A model generated the notes under the pieces. It saw only the letters and a program-made list of their open reading frames with translations. It made no database searches and had not been told where the DNA came from. From an uncultured Clostridia bacterium (GTDB lineage: Bacteria; Bacillota; Clostridia; Saccharofermentanales; Saccharofermentanaceae), in NCBI GenBank assembly GCA_946537885.1, contig CAMNGC010000001.1, forward strand, positions 57,897 through 121,896: a stretch of 64,000 bases of DNA, given 5' to 3'. Shown here in pieces: positions 30,841-41,519 of this stretch (position 1 is the stretch's first letter; every line of letters starts with the position of its first letter). The position numbers were made by a program, and so were the translations under genes.

Positions 30841-31335
30841 ATGGCTTTTGATCCCAATAGCGTAGAATTACAGGAAAAGGTTATTCACATCGGCCGTGTT
30901 TCCAAGACGGTTAAGGGTGGTCGTAACGCTCGTTTCACCGCTCTTGTCATCGTCGGAGACGGCAATGGACACGTAGGCAAGGGCATCGGCAAGGCTGCCG
31001 AGGTTCCGGATGCTATCCATAAGGGTGTTGAAGAAGCTAAGAAGAACATTATTGAGGTACCTGTTCTTAACGGAACAATTCCTCATGCAACACTTGGTGA
31101 GTTCAGTGCGGCAAAGATCGTTATGAAGCCTGCCGTTAGTGGTACCGGTGTTATTGCAGGCGGCCCTGTTCGTTCTGTATGCGAGCTCGCAGGAATCACG
31201 GATATCCGTACAAAGTCCCTGGGCTCCAACAACCCTAACAACATGGTCAATGCAACAATTGAAGGACTTAAGGGTCTGAAGACACTCGAGGAAGTAGCTC
31301 GTCTCAGAGGTAAGTCCGTAGAGGAAATTCGCTAA
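30841..31335 (+). CDS. rpsE: 30S ribosomal protein S5
   Basis: [18 protein letters not shown]. Confidence 0.98.
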   Translation: MAFDPNSVELQEKVIHIGRVSKTVKGGRNARFTALVIVGDGNGHVGKGIGKAAEVPDAIHKGVEEAKKNIIEVPVLNGTIPHATLGEFSAAKIVMKPAVSGTGVIAGGPVRSVCELAGITDIRTKSLGSNNPNNMVNATIEGLKGLKTLEEVARLRGKSVEEIR

Positions 31336-31357
31336 GAATCTAATGGAGGTATAAAAA

Positions 31358-31804
31358 ATGAAGCTCAATGAATTGACTTCAGGCGCAAACGCCATAGCAT
31401 ACCGCAAGGGCCGCGGAGCAGGTTCCGGCAACGGAAAGACAGCAGGTCGCGGACACAAAGGTCAGAAGGCCCGTTCCGGTGGCGGAGTACGTCCCGGCTT
31501 CGAGGGTGGTCAGATGCCTCTTTACAGACGTCTGCCTAAGCGCGGTTTCAATAATAAGCGTTTCGCTCCTGACTATATTGAAGTAAATGTTTCCGATCTT
31601 AATAAGATCGCTGACGGTTCTGAGGTTAATGCAAAGTCTCTTGCTGAGGCCGGCATCATCACTCTGCCTAAGGTAAACGATGGTATTAAGATTCTGGGTA
31701 ACGGCGAACTTACAGCTAAGAACCTCAAGGTGCAGGCAGTTAAGTTCACTGCTTCCGCTAAGGAAAAAATCGAGAAGGCTGGTGGAACGGCTGAGGAGGT
31801 CTGA
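31358..31804 (+). CDS. rplO: 50S ribosomal protein L15
   Basis: [27 protein letters not shown]. Confidence 0.98.
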   Translation: MKLNELTSGANAIAYRKGRGAGSGNGKTAGRGHKGQKARSGGGVRPGFEGGQMPLYRRLPKRGFNNKRFAPDYIEVNVSDLNKIADGSEVNAKSLAEAGIITLPKVNDGIKILGNGELTAKNLKVQAVKFTASAKEKIEKAGGTAEEV

Positions 31805-31806
31805 TC

Positions 31807-33123
31807 ATGAAAGGTATGTTTGACACACTTGTCAAAGCATTTCAGTTGCCGGATCTCCGTAAGAAGATCCTGTATACCCTCTTGATTTTGGCCGTATATG
31901 AGATTGGCGGTCTGATACCTGTTCCGGGTATCGACCGTGTAGTCTTCTCCAATCTGATCACCACTAACTGGGGTCAGATCGGACAGCTCATGGATATTAT
32001 TTCCGGCGGCGGTCTGTATGCGGCTACTATTTTCGCGATGGGTATTTCGCCCTACATCAATGCATCGATCATCATCCAGCTCCTTACTGTTGTTATCCCT
32101 GCGTTGGAGAATCTCTCCAAGGAAGGTGAAGCCGGAAGGAAAAAGATGACAAGGATCACAAGATACTCGGCAGTCGGCCTTGCTTTCCTGCAGGCATGCC
32201 TGTTCACATGGTCCACAAGATCTGCGATGGTTTCCTCTCTTCCTAAGGGAGTAAATGCAGCATTGATCGTAATCTCTTTTACCGCAGGCACATGCCTTGT
32301 TGTATGGCTTGGTGAGAGGATCAACGAGAAGGGCATCGGTAACGGTGTTTCACTGATCATCTTCGCAGGTATCGTAACAAGACTGCCTCAGATGGTTCAG
32401 AACCTCATTGATAAGAGCACAGATGTCAGCGGTAGGATAAATCCTGTTGCTTTCGGTATCCTTGTAGGTCTCCTCTTGTTTATGGTCGTAGCTTTCGTTT
32501 CGATCGCCATTATCATATTCGTAGTATTCGTACAGAATGCCGAGAGAAGGATCCAGGTTCAGTACTCCAAGAAGACTGTAGGTCGTAAGCTGTATGGCGG
32601 ACAGAGCTCCTACATCCCTCTTAAGGTCAACCAGTCCGGAGTAATGCCTGTCATCTTCGCGATGTCCATCCTGTCTCTGCCTTCGATGATCGTTACACTG
32701 TTTGCACAGGATAAGCACAATGTCGTTATCGACTGGTTCAGAGATTTTACGGGAAGTCCCTGGTATTACATCTTCTACTTCCTGTTTATCATTGCATTTA
32801 CGTTCTTCTATTCGTTGATCCAGTTCAACCCGATCGAGATCAGCAACAGCATTCAGAAGAACGGCGGCTTCATTCCCGGTATCAGACCGGGTAAGCCTAC
32901 AACGGAATACATTGCCAAGACGGCTAACAGACTCAACTGGGTTGACGCTTTCTTCCTTGCTTCCGTTTGTCTTGTTCCTACATTGATAAGTGCTCTTACT
33001 GACCTTAACAATGTATGGTTTGCAGGTACTTCAGTCCTGATCCTTACGGGTGTCGCCAATGATCTGGTAGTTCAGATCGAAGGCCAGCTCGTAACCAGAA
33101 ACTACAGAGGTTTCCTGGATTGA
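31807..33123 (+). CDS. secY: Preprotein translocase SecY
   Basis: GISPYINASII, GIGNGVSLIIF, GGFIPGIRPG. Confidence 0.98.
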   Translation: MKGMFDTLVKAFQLPDLRKKILYTLLILAVYEIGGLIPVPGIDRVVFSNLITTNWGQIGQLMDIISGGGLYAATIFAMGISPYINASIIIQLLTVVIPALENLSKEGEAGRKKMTRITRYSAVGLAFLQACLFTWSTRSAMVSSLPKGVNAALIVISFTAGTCLVVWLGERINEKGIGNGVSLIIFAGIVTRLPQMVQNLIDKSTDVSGRINPVAFGILVGLLLFMVVAFVSIAIIIFVVFVQNAERRIQVQYSKKTVGRKLYGGQSSYIPLKVNQSGVMPVIFAMSILSLPSMIVTLFAQDKHNVVIDWFRDFTGSPWYYIFYFLFIIAFTFFYSLIQFNPIEISNSIQKNGGFIPGIRPGKPTTEYIAKTANRLNWVDAFFLASVCLVPTLISALTDLNNVWFAGTSVLILTGVANDLVVQIEGQLVTRNYRGFLD

Positions 33124-33209
33124 TTAACTGTTATTGAATCGATCGCGGCCTCAGCACTCCTTGATCGGAGTGTTGAAGGCCGCTATTCTATGTAGAAAGA
33201 GGAATTATT

Positions 33210-33866
33210 ATGAAATTGATCATTCTCGGTGCTCCCGGATCCGGAAAGGGCACGACAGCTACGGTTTTAAGAGAGAAATATTCTCTTGCACATATATCCA
33301 CCGGTGATATCTTCAGAAGCAACATCAAGAACGGTACACCTCTCGGACTTGAGGCCAAGAGTTATATCGATAAGGGCGCTCTGGTACCTGATAGTGTAAC
33401 GATCTCAATGGTGGAGGACAGACTCGCTCAGGATGATTGCGCGAAGGGCTATATTCTGGACGGATTCCCCAGAACACTTGCTCAGGCTGAAGCTCTGGAT
33501 GAGATGCTCGCTAAGCAGAACACATCCATTGACGCAGTTCTTTCAATCGTTGTTGACGATGAGACCATTAAGGATCGTGTATCCGGCAGAAGAGTCTGCG
33601 AGAAGTGCGGTGCAAGCTTTAACGTAAAGTTTAAGCCCACGAAGATTGAAGGCGTATGTGATATCTGTGGCGGCAATGTCGTTCAACGTGCAGATGATAA
33701 CGAGGCAACAGTTGCGGCTCGCCTGGAGACTTATTATAAGAATACAAGTCCCCTGATAGATTTTTACGAGAAAAAGGGTATTATTGTAGAGGGAGACAAC
33801 AACGAGAGCTCGGATGTTTGCCTTTCCCAGATCGAGAACGGACTTAAGGCCAAGGGGCTTATCTGA
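33210..33866 (+). CDS. adk: Adenylate kinase
   Basis: GAPGSGKGT, LDGFPRT, Cys-containing lid. Confidence 0.97.
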   Translation: MKLIILGAPGSGKGTTATVLREKYSLAHISTGDIFRSNIKNGTPLGLEAKSYIDKGALVPDSVTISMVEDRLAQDDCAKGYILDGFPRTLAQAEALDEMLAKQNTSIDAVLSIVVDDETIKDRVSGRRVCEKCGASFNVKFKPTKIEGVCDICGGNVVQRADDNEATVAARLETYYKNTSPLIDFYEKKGIIVEGDNNESSDVCLSQIENGLKAKGLI

Positions 33867-33883
33867 GACTGAGGTGATCGACT

Positions 33884-34648
33884 GTGGTTGAGATCTTATC
33901 TGATTATGAATTAGACAGGATGCGCGAGGCCGGCAAGCTTACGGCCATGGTTCTTAAGGAACTTCGCGCAGCCGTCAAGCCGGGGGTATCGACCAAAAAG
34001 CTTGACGACATAGCCATGAGAGTCATCAGGGAAGCCGGTGGTACGGCACCTTGCGTAGGTTACGGAGAACCTCCTTTCCCCGGAGCGATCTGTACTTCCA
34101 TCAATGAGGTCGTTGTTCACGGCATACCTTCTGAGAAAGCGATCCTTAAGGAAGGTGATATTGTCACTTGTGACGTTGTGGCCGAACTTAACGGTTTTAT
34201 GGGCGATGCCGCAAGAACTTTCGCTGTAGGTGAGATCAGTGAAGAGAAGAGACTCCTGATCGACCGAACTCGTGAAGCCTTTTTCGAGGGGCTTAAGAAA
34301 GCTCAGATCGGCAATCGTATCGGCGATGTAAGCAGCGCTGTACAGGCATGTGCCGAGGGTTACGGTTATGGGGTCGTAAGAGAATTAACAGGTCATGGTA
34401 TCGGGCGCGAAATGCACCAGGATCCTGATGTACCGAATTACGGTAAGGCCGGCAGAGGCCATAGAATACTGAAGGGCATGGCTTTCTGCATAGAGCCAAT
34501 GATCAACATGGGTAAGCGTTATGTTGTTTTGGAAGATGACGGATGGACCGTCTTGGCAGCTGACGGATTGCCTGCAGCACATTACGAGAACACAGTAATC
34601 ATTACTGACAATGGACCTGAGATGACAACATATGAGGAGGAGATCTAA
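33884..34648 (+). CDS. map: Methionine aminopeptidase type I
   Basis: [27 protein letters not shown]. Confidence 0.97.
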   Translation: MVEILSDYELDRMREAGKLTAMVLKELRAAVKPGVSTKKLDDIAMRVIREAGGTAPCVGYGEPPFPGAICTSINEVVVHGIPSEKAILKEGDIVTCDVVAELNGFMGDAARTFAVGEISEEKRLLIDRTREAFFEGLKKAQIGNRIGDVSSAVQACAEGYGYGVVRELTGHGIGREMHQDPDVPNYGKAGRGHRILKGMAFCIEPMINMGKRYVVLEDDGWTVLAADGLPAAHYENTVIITDNGPEMTTYEEEI

Positions 34649-34869
34649 TGTCTAAGGAAGATGTTATCGAGGTAGAGGGAATCGTGGCCGAGGCACTGCC
34701 GAATGCCAACTTCAAGGTTAAGCTGGAAAACGGACACATCGTTTTGGCCCATATTTCCGGCAAGCTCCGTCAGAATTATATTAAGATCCTGCCGGGCGAC
34801 AAGGTAACAATGGAGCTTTCTCCCTATGATCTTTCGAGAGGAAGGATCACCTGGAGAGCTAAGAACTGA
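34648..34869 (+). CDS. infA: Translation initiation factor IF-1
   Basis: [23 protein letters not shown]. Confidence 0.98.
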   Translation: MSKEDVIEVEGIVAEALPNANFKVKLENGHIVLAHISGKLRQNYIKILPGDKVTMELSPYDLSRGRITWRAKN

Positions 34870-34884
34870 TGATTAACTAACATA

Positions 34885-34918
34885 CAAAGCCGGTGCAGTC
34901 AAATGCATCGGCTTTTGT
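34885..34918 (+). terminator. Probable terminator after infA
   Basis: AAAGCCGGTGCA-GTCAAA-TGCATCGGCTTT followed by TG. Confidence 0.65.
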
Positions 34919-34972
34919 GATGTCGGATTTCAGAAGATTGAAGATGAAGATTTGATATGATAATTTATTAAC

Positions 34973-37531
34973 ATGATTCTTCTGGATATACTTTATAGGA
35001 TAATAATTTATCCGCTTGAACTTTTTTTCGAATGCGTCTTCGACATTGCCGAGGATGCTTTGCACAATCCGGGATTATCGATACTCTGCCTAAGCCTCGT
35101 GGTTAATTTTCTCGTATTGCCGCTTTATATGCGTGCGGATGTTATGCAGGCAGAGGAGAGGGATGCCCAGGAACGGATGTCCGGCTGGATAACGCACATC
35201 AGAAAGACCTTTAAGGGTGATGAGCGTTTCATGATGCAGCAGACCTATTATCGCCAGCAGGGATATAAGCAGCTGTATGTTTTAAGAAGCAGTATCCCTC
35301 TTCTGTTGCAGGTTCCTTTCTTTATAGCAGCCTATAATTTCCTATCGAATCTTAATTACTTAAGCGGTGTAAGCATGGGCCCGATCAAGGATCTGGCTGA
35401 ACCCGATGCATTGATCAAGATAGGCGGTCACGCGATCAATCTGTTGCCCATTGCCATGACCTTGATCAATATAGTAGCCGGAATGATCTATTCGAAGGGA
35501 TTTCCGATCAAGCAGAAGGTACAGATGTACGGTATTGCCGCTATTTTCCTTGTTCTTCTTTATGATTCACCCGCAGGTCTTGTTTTCTACTGGACGTTGA
35601 ATAATGTATTCTCACTTTGCAAGAATATCGTAACTGCAGTTGCTGCCAAGATCCCCCGTAAGGAGAACGCAAAGAAAGATAGGAAATCTGAGAGCGAGTC
35701 GATAGTATATAAAGGAAGAGCGGATGATATTCTCTTCATATTGGCATCTCTCAGTATGGCTGTGATAAGCGGTCTTTATCATCCTTCTGAAGCAATTTCA
35801 AAGTGCCCTCAGGAGTATGTGAATCTGGTTCATCTGCCTCATCCTCTGGAACTGTTGCTCTATAGCGGTCCCATAGCTTTCGGTGTCTTCTTCGTATGGT
35901 TCGGCGTATTCTATCTTCTTGCCAAGGAGAAAGGAAGGGCGATCTTCAGCTATGTCATGACAGCGCTGGTTGTCGTCAGTGCAATCGATACTGTAATGGT
36001 CAGCTATAAGGGCATCGGGATGAGTACGGCATTCACTTATGCTGATTCATTCCGATGGGAGCAGACAGATACTATGAATAATCTTATGCTGGTACTAATG
36101 GGAATAGTGATTGTATATTTCATATGGAAGTTTAAGCGTAAAATACTGACACTCCTTATGGTAACAGCTCTTATTGCCTTATCGGTAATGTCTATATACT
36201 ATATGTCAATATCATATAATCTTACAAAAGATGATTATTATCTAGAGGAACGGTATGGTTCACCGGCAAAACTGACCTTCAGCAGAGGAGGGAAGAATGT
36301 AGTCGTATTTATGCTTGACCGCTCCATAGGCTACCACATACCCTTCATAGCCAACAACGAGGATTGGTTTCTTGAGAAGTTTGACGGATTTACCTTCTAT
36401 AGCAACACTCTTTCTTATGGTCAGAATACCATCTTCGGGGCTCCTGCTCTTTTCGGCGGTCCGGAATACAGCTGTGAAGCTATAAACCTAAGAGACGATG
36501 AGAGTATGGAGGATAAGTTCAATGAGGCTATGACAGCACTTCCGATCCTCTTCAGAGACAATGGCTATCATGTTGTTACATCCGATATCCCCTATGTAGG
36601 CTATAACTGGATTCCAAATCTTTCCGTATATGACGAACTTGGGATCGAGGCTTATTTTACAAAGGGGTGTTTCAGCAGTGAATACGACGGTTACGATGAA
36701 TATAGGACAGCTACCCGTATAAGGCAAAACCGTAACAGCTTTTGCTATGGACTGAGCAGATGTCTTCCGGCAGAACTTGTTGAATGGTTCTACGACGATG
36801 GGCATTATCATGCAGTGGAATATGGTAATTCCCAGAGAGATTACGCATCTGAATTTTCTGCCACATTCCTTGATTCGTACCTGGTTCTAAAGAATCTTGA
36901 CAGGATGACGGAGATAGTTGATGACGATTCGAATAACTTTATCATGATGGATAATGAGGCGCCTCATTCGTCCACCAGAAGACGCCCCGACAACTATGAG
37001 GAAGGCTTTTTTGATGCGCAGGGGCGCCATCTGGAATTCTCCGATTCGGCAAGTATAAAAGCCTATCAAGTAAATGTTGATTCACTGGAAGCAGTAGGTG
37101 AATGGCTTGATTACTTGAGAGACCAGGGTGTTTACGACAACACCAGGATCATTATCGTAGCCGACCACGGTTTCTATCTATATCAGGAAGAGGAGCTGAT
37201 AGATGATAACGGCGTTGATTTTATGGGGTATAACCCTACTTTGATGGTCAAGGATTTTGACGAGCACGGCTTTACAATTTCAGATGAGTTCATGATTAAT
37301 GCGGCAACGCCCTACTTTGCTACGATGGGTGGCGTCGTTGATGATCCTGTCAATCCATATACGGGCAATGAATACAACCTCGATTTCCTCGAAGAAGATA
37401 CTTTGATAATATCATCCAGCCACATCATGCCTCAGGACAATCCCGGTAACAGATTCGCGCCGGGTAGTTGGTATGTTGTACGGGGGAGGGTTCTCGAAGA
37501 TATGTACACCGAGGCGGTCGCAACGCCATAA
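34973..37531 (+). CDS. YidC/Oxa1-like membrane domain fused to an alkaline-phosphatase/sulfatase-superfamily domain (paralog 1)
   Basis: N-terminal PLLLQVPFFIA.Y and PAGLVFYWT.NN (YidC-like); further TM segments; C-terminal VVVFMLDR, NT, PH and IIIVADHG metal-site motifs. Confidence 0.78.
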   Translation: MILLDILYRIIIYPLELFFECVFDIAEDALHNPGLSILCLSLVVNFLVLPLYMRADVMQAEERDAQERMSGWITHIRKTFKGDERFMMQQTYYRQQGYKQLYVLRSSIPLLLQVPFFIAAYNFLSNLNYLSGVSMGPIKDLAEPDALIKIGGHAINLLPIAMTLINIVAGMIYSKGFPIKQKVQMYGIAAIFLVLLYDSPAGLVFYWTLNNVFSLCKNIVTAVAAKIPRKENAKKDRKSESESIVYKGRADDILFILASLSMAVISGLYHPSEAISKCPQEYVNLVHLPHPLELLLYSGPIAFGVFFVWFGVFYLLAKEKGRAIFSYVMTALVVVSAIDTVMVSYKGIGMSTAFTYADSFRWEQTDTMNNLMLVLMGIVIVYFIWKFKRKILTLLMVTALIALSVMSIYYMSISYNLTKDDYYLEERYGSPAKLTFSRGGKNVVVFMLDRSIGYHIPFIANNEDWFLEKFDGFTFYSNTLSYGQNTIFGAPALFGGPEYSCEAINLRDDESMEDKFNEAMTALPILFRDNGYHVVTSDIPYVGYNWIPNLSVYDELGIEAYFTKGCFSSEYDGYDEYRTATRIRQNRNSFCYGLSRCLPAELVEWFYDDGHYHAVEYGNSQRDYASEFSATFLDSYLVLKNLDRMTEIVDDDSNNFIMMDNEAPHSSTRRRPDNYEEGFFDAQGRHLEFSDSASIKAYQVNVDSLEAVGEWLDYLRDQGVYDNTRIIIVADHGFYLYQEEELIDDNGVDFMGYNPTLMVKDFDEHGFTISDEFMINAATPYFATMGGVVDDPVNPYTGNEYNLDFLEEDTLIISSSHIMPQDNPGNRFAPGSWYVVRGRVLEDMYTEAVATP

Positions 37532-38326
37532 GTAAGGTGCATTGAAAAATGCTCTGATTTCGAAAAATCTTCTTGCACATTGATAAAACAAATCATTTGA
37601 AGATAAAGACTTCTTGTGATAACTTATTAGCATGGAATTTTTGGGAATACTCTACAGGATAATAATTTATCCGCTTGAACTTTTTTTCGAATGCGTCTTC
37701 GACATTGCCGAGGATGCTTTGCACAATCCGGGATTATCGATACTCTGCCTAAGCCTCGTGGTTAATTTTCTCGTATTGCCGCTTTATATGCGTGCGGATG
37801 TTATGCAGGCAGAGGAGAGGGATGCCCAGGAACGGATGTCCGGCTGGATAACGCACATCAGAAAGACCTTTAAGGGTGATGAGCGTTTCATGATGCAGCA
37901 GACCTATTATCGCCAGCAGGGATATAAGCAGCTGTATGTTTTAAGAAGCAGTATCCCTCTTCTGTTGCAGGTTCCTTTCTTTATAGCAGCCTATAATTTC
38001 CTATCGAATCTTAATTACTTAAGCGGTGTAAGCATGGGCCCGATCAAGGATCTGGCTGAACCCGATGCATTGATCAAGATAGGCGGTCACGCGATCAATC
38101 TGTTGCCCATTGCCATGACCTTGATCAATATAGTAGCCGGAATGATCTATTCGAAGGGATTCCCGATCAAGCAGAAGGTACAGATGTACGGTATTGCCGC
38201 CATTTTCCTTGTTCTTCTTTATGATTCGCCCGCAGGTCTTGTTTTCTACTGGACATTGAATAATGTATTCTCGCTTTGCAAGAATATCGTAACTGCAGTT
38301 GCTGCCAAGATCCCCCGTAAGGAGAA
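34997..38326 (+). repeat. Near-identical 671 bp direct repeat (34997-35667 / 37656-38326)
   Basis: First about 506 bp identical by eye, then about 5 synonymous differences; offset 2659 bp. Confidence 0.9.
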
Positions 38327-40265
38327 GAAAAAGAGCGGAAAGAAGCCTCTGCTGTCATTTGTAGAATATAAGGGCAAGTCTGATGATGTGCTCTTCGTCT
38401 TGGCCGGTCTCAGTATGGCTGTATTTACCGGTCTCTGCCACACATCTCAGGCGATCTCAAGATGCCCCCAGGAATACGTAAACCTGGTTCACCTGCCCCA
38501 TCCCTTGGAACTGCTGCTCTATAGCGGCCCGATAGCTTTCGGCATCTTCTTCGTATGGTTCGGGGTCTTTTATCTTCTTGCCAACGAGAAAGGCAAGGCG
38601 ATCTTCAGCTACATCATGACGGCTTTGGTTGTCGTAGGTATAGTTGATACAGCTATTATCAGCTACAAGGGACTTAGTATGAGCACATCATTTACTTATA
38701 CCAAGCCCTTTCATTGGACTACAACAGCTAAATTTGTTGACTTATTAGCTGCTCTTGCCGCACTTATCATCGTTTACGTTATTTGGAAATATAAGCGTAA
38801 GGTTCTTACTTTCCTTATGATCACGGTCCTTCTTGCGACAAGTGTTCTGTCTGCTTATTTCACATCAGTGTCATATAAGCAGTTTAAGGATGATTATTAT
38901 ACGGATGACCGTTATCGTAAGCCCGCAGAGCTGACATTCAGCACTGAAGGTAAGAATGTTGTAGTATTCATGCTCGACCGTTCGATCGGATATTATGTTC
39001 CTTTTATTGCCAACAATGAGGATTGGTTTACGGAGAAGTTCGACGGCTTTACTTTCTATCAGAATACACTCTCTTATGGCCCTAATACGGTTTTCGGCGC
39101 ACCGGCACTTTTTGGCGGCCCTGAATACAGCTGTGAAGCGATAAACCTGAGAGACGACGAGAGTATGGAAGATAAGTTCAATGAAGCCATGACAGCGCTT
39201 CCGATCCTCTTCAGAGATAACGGCTATCATGTTGTAACAACCGATATTCCCTATGTAGGTTATAACTGGATCCCTAAGCTTTCTATCTATGATGAGCTCG
39301 GTGTGGAGTCTTACTTTACAAAGGGTGCTTTCAGCTACGGTTATGAGAATCCGGAAGAATACGAGGATGAGCCCTGGTATGATCTTCTGACAGATGCTGA
39401 TCGTCAGGCTCTGCAGAACTATGAAGACTATGCCGAAGCTACGCGCATTCGACAGAATCGTAACATCTTCTGCTACGGCTTCTCGAGAGCGTTGCCCACA
39501 TATCTGGTTCCTTCGGTATATGACGACGGCGATTATCATGCAGTTGAATATGGTTCAGAGACGACGGATTATTCGAAGCATTTCTCCGCATCATTCCTGG
39601 ATTCCTATCTAGTACTTGCTCACCTTTGTGATATGACCAAGATCGTCGATGATGATTCCAATAACTTCATTATGATGAATAACGAGACACCTCACTCCGT
39701 ACTCAGAAGAGATTCTAACGAGAGCTATGAGGATGGTCTTTACGATGCGCAGGGAAGACACCTTGAGTTCCCCGACACTGTAAGTATTGCTTCCTATCAG
39801 GTAAATGTTGATTCCTTTGAAGCTATCGCCTTGTGGCTTGATTACTTAAGAGAGAACGGTGTCTATGATAACACCAGGATAATCATCGTCGCTGACCACG
39901 GTTACTATCTGCATCAGGTAGACGAGCTCAAGGATCCCAAGACCGGGATCGATATCATGTCCTTCAATCCGACGCTCATGGTCAAGGATTTTGATGAGCA
40001 CGGCTTTACTATCAATTATGATCTGATGACCAATGCCGCTACGCCTTACTTTGCAACAATGGGCGGAGTAGTAGATGACCCCGTCAATCCCTATACAGGC
40101 AACGAATACAATCTGGACTTCCTGCAGGATGATATCTTGGTAATCGATTCGTCCCACATCATGCCTCATACCAATCCCGGCAATACATATGCTTCCGGCA
40201 ACTGGTACAGGGTACGCGGTGAGGTCCTTGAGGATATGTATCTCGAAAAGGTTCCGACGCCCTGA
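37632..40265 (+). CDS. YidC-like/sulfatase-superfamily fusion (paralog 2)
   Basis: Same architecture and motifs as 34973-37531, with an insertion of about 20 aa in the extracellular domain. Confidence 0.78.
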   Translation: MEFLGILYRIIIYPLELFFECVFDIAEDALHNPGLSILCLSLVVNFLVLPLYMRADVMQAEERDAQERMSGWITHIRKTFKGDERFMMQQTYYRQQGYKQLYVLRSSIPLLLQVPFFIAAYNFLSNLNYLSGVSMGPIKDLAEPDALIKIGGHAINLLPIAMTLINIVAGMIYSKGFPIKQKVQMYGIAAIFLVLLYDSPAGLVFYWTLNNVFSLCKNIVTAVAAKIPRKEKKKSGKKPLLSFVEYKGKSDDVLFVLAGLSMAVFTGLCHTSQAISRCPQEYVNLVHLPHPLELLLYSGPIAFGIFFVWFGVFYLLANEKGKAIFSYIMTALVVVGIVDTAIISYKGLSMSTSFTYTKPFHWTTTAKFVDLLAALAALIIVYVIWKYKRKVLTFLMITVLLATSVLSAYFTSVSYKQFKDDYYTDDRYRKPAELTFSTEGKNVVVFMLDRSIGYYVPFIANNEDWFTEKFDGFTFYQNTLSYGPNTVFGAPALFGGPEYSCEAINLRDDESMEDKFNEAMTALPILFRDNGYHVVTTDIPYVGYNWIPKLSIYDELGVESYFTKGAFSYGYENPEEYEDEPWYDLLTDADRQALQNYEDYAEATRIRQNRNIFCYGFSRALPTYLVPSVYDDGDYHAVEYGSETTDYSKHFSASFLDSYLVLAHLCDMTKIVDDDSNNFIMMNNETPHSVLRRDSNESYEDGLYDAQGRHLEFPDTVSIASYQVNVDSFEAIALWLDYLRENGVYDNTRIIIVADHGYYLHQVDELKDPKTGIDIMSFNPTLMVKDFDEHGFTINYDLMTNAATPYFATMGGVVDDPVNPYTGNEYNLDFLQDDILVIDSSHIMPHTNPGNTYASGNWYRVRGEVLEDMYLEKVPTP

Positions 40266-40307
40266 TCGAAGCGCTTCGGGAACATTTTCGATGAGTAAAA
40301 ATTCATC

Positions 40308-40335
40308 TTGCAAATAAAAAAATAGCTGATATACT
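40308..40335 (+). promoter_or_regulatory. Promoter for the rpmJ-alpha operon
   Basis: TTGCAA-N16-TATACT with extended -10 TG. Confidence 0.65.
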
Positions 40336-40396
40336 ATATTAGCGTGCGCGAAAAGCGCATGATTTGCGTTGAAACAAAAACAGCAGGAGGTTCAAA

Positions 40397-40510
40397 ATGA
40401 AGGTCAGACCGTCGGTCAAGCCCATGTGCGAGAAGTGCAAAGTCATTCGTCGCCGCGGCAAAGTCATGATTATCTGTTCCGATCCCAAGCACAAGCAGAA
40501 GCAGGGCTAA
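40397..40510 (+). CDS. rpmJ: 50S ribosomal protein L36 (not in the ORF track)
   Basis: [37 protein letters not shown] behind AGGAGG. Confidence 0.97.
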   Translation: MKVRPSVKPMCEKCKVIRRRGKVMIICSDPKHKQKQG

Positions 40511-40709
40511 GGGAAAGGGAAACCGACTGCGGAAAGATTTAGCCCTTTCCATGTTGGTGCGGCACTGCTCTCGCCGCGTAATTGAACAAAACGAAGAATT
40601 GTAAATATAACACGTCACAGTAGGGGCGGCTGCCCTCCTGACCCGAGGGAACCTTACACTCGTGTCTTATATACAAAAACACTTAATACACTCAGATGGA
40701 GGTACACAA

Positions 40710-41078
40710 ATGGCTCGTATTGCCGGTGTTGATTTGCCGAACGATAAGAGAATCGAGATTGCTCTTACGTACATTTACGGCATTGGTAGGACAAGCGCTT
40801 CCGATATCATTAAGGATACGGGGCTCAATCCTGACACAAGAGTTAAGGATCTTACAGAGGATGAAGTCGCTAAGATCCGTGACAGAATCGAGAACAATTA
40901 CACAGTTGAGGGTGATCTCAAGAGAGAGATCGGAACCAACATCAAGCGTCTGACAGATATCGGATGCTTCCGTGGCCGTCGCCACAGAGCGGGACTCCCC
41001 GTAAGAGGCCAGCGCACAAAGACTAACGCACGTACCCGTAAGGGACCTAAGCGCACTGTCGCAGGCAAGAAGAAGTAA
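40710..41078 (+). CDS. rpsM: 30S ribosomal protein S13
   Basis: [10 protein letters not shown] start behind GGAGG; [11 protein letters not shown]. Confidence 0.98.
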   Translation: MARIAGVDLPNDKRIEIALTYIYGIGRTSASDIIKDTGLNPDTRVKDLTEDEVAKIRDRIENNYTVEGDLKREIGTNIKRLTDIGCFRGRRHRAGLPVRGQRTKTNARTRKGPKRTVAGKKK

Positions 41079-41092
41079 GGGGGTAACGATAA

Positions 41093-41494
41093 ATGGCAAA
41101 GGCAGTTAAGAAGACGGCAGTTAAGCCGAAGAGACGTGAGCGTAAGAACGTTGTTGCAGGACACGCTCATATTCACGCTACATTTAACAACACTATTGTT
41201 ACCATCACAGATCCTCAGGGTAATGCAATCTCCTGGGCATCCGCAGGTCAGCAGGGCATGAAGGGTTCCCGTAAGGGTACTGCTTTCGCAGCTCAGGTTG
41301 CAGCAGAAGATGCAGCCAAGAAGGCTGTTGATCACGGCATGAAGACTGTAGAAGTTTTTGTAAAGGGACCCGGCGCAGGACGTGAGTCCGCTGTTCGTGC
41401 ATTGAACACAGCAGGTCTTGAGATTACGATGATTAAGGACGTTACACCCGTTCCTCATAACGGTTGCCGTCCTCCTAAGCGTCGTAGAGTTTAA
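41093..41494 (+). CDS. rpsK: 30S ribosomal protein S11
   Basis: [18 protein letters not shown]. Confidence 0.98.
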   Translation: MAKAVKKTAVKPKRRERKNVVAGHAHIHATFNNTIVTITDPQGNAISWASAGQQGMKGSRKGTAFAAQVAAEDAAKKAVDHGMKTVEVFVKGPGAGRESAVRALNTAGLEITMIKDVTPVPHNGCRPPKRRRV

Positions 41495-41519
41495 TTCTTA
41501 GAGAAAAGAGGATAAAGCG

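Noticed and set aside
34640-34660. Absence of the KOW-domain gene between map and infA
   Set aside because: This gene is patchily distributed in Clostridia, so its absence says little.
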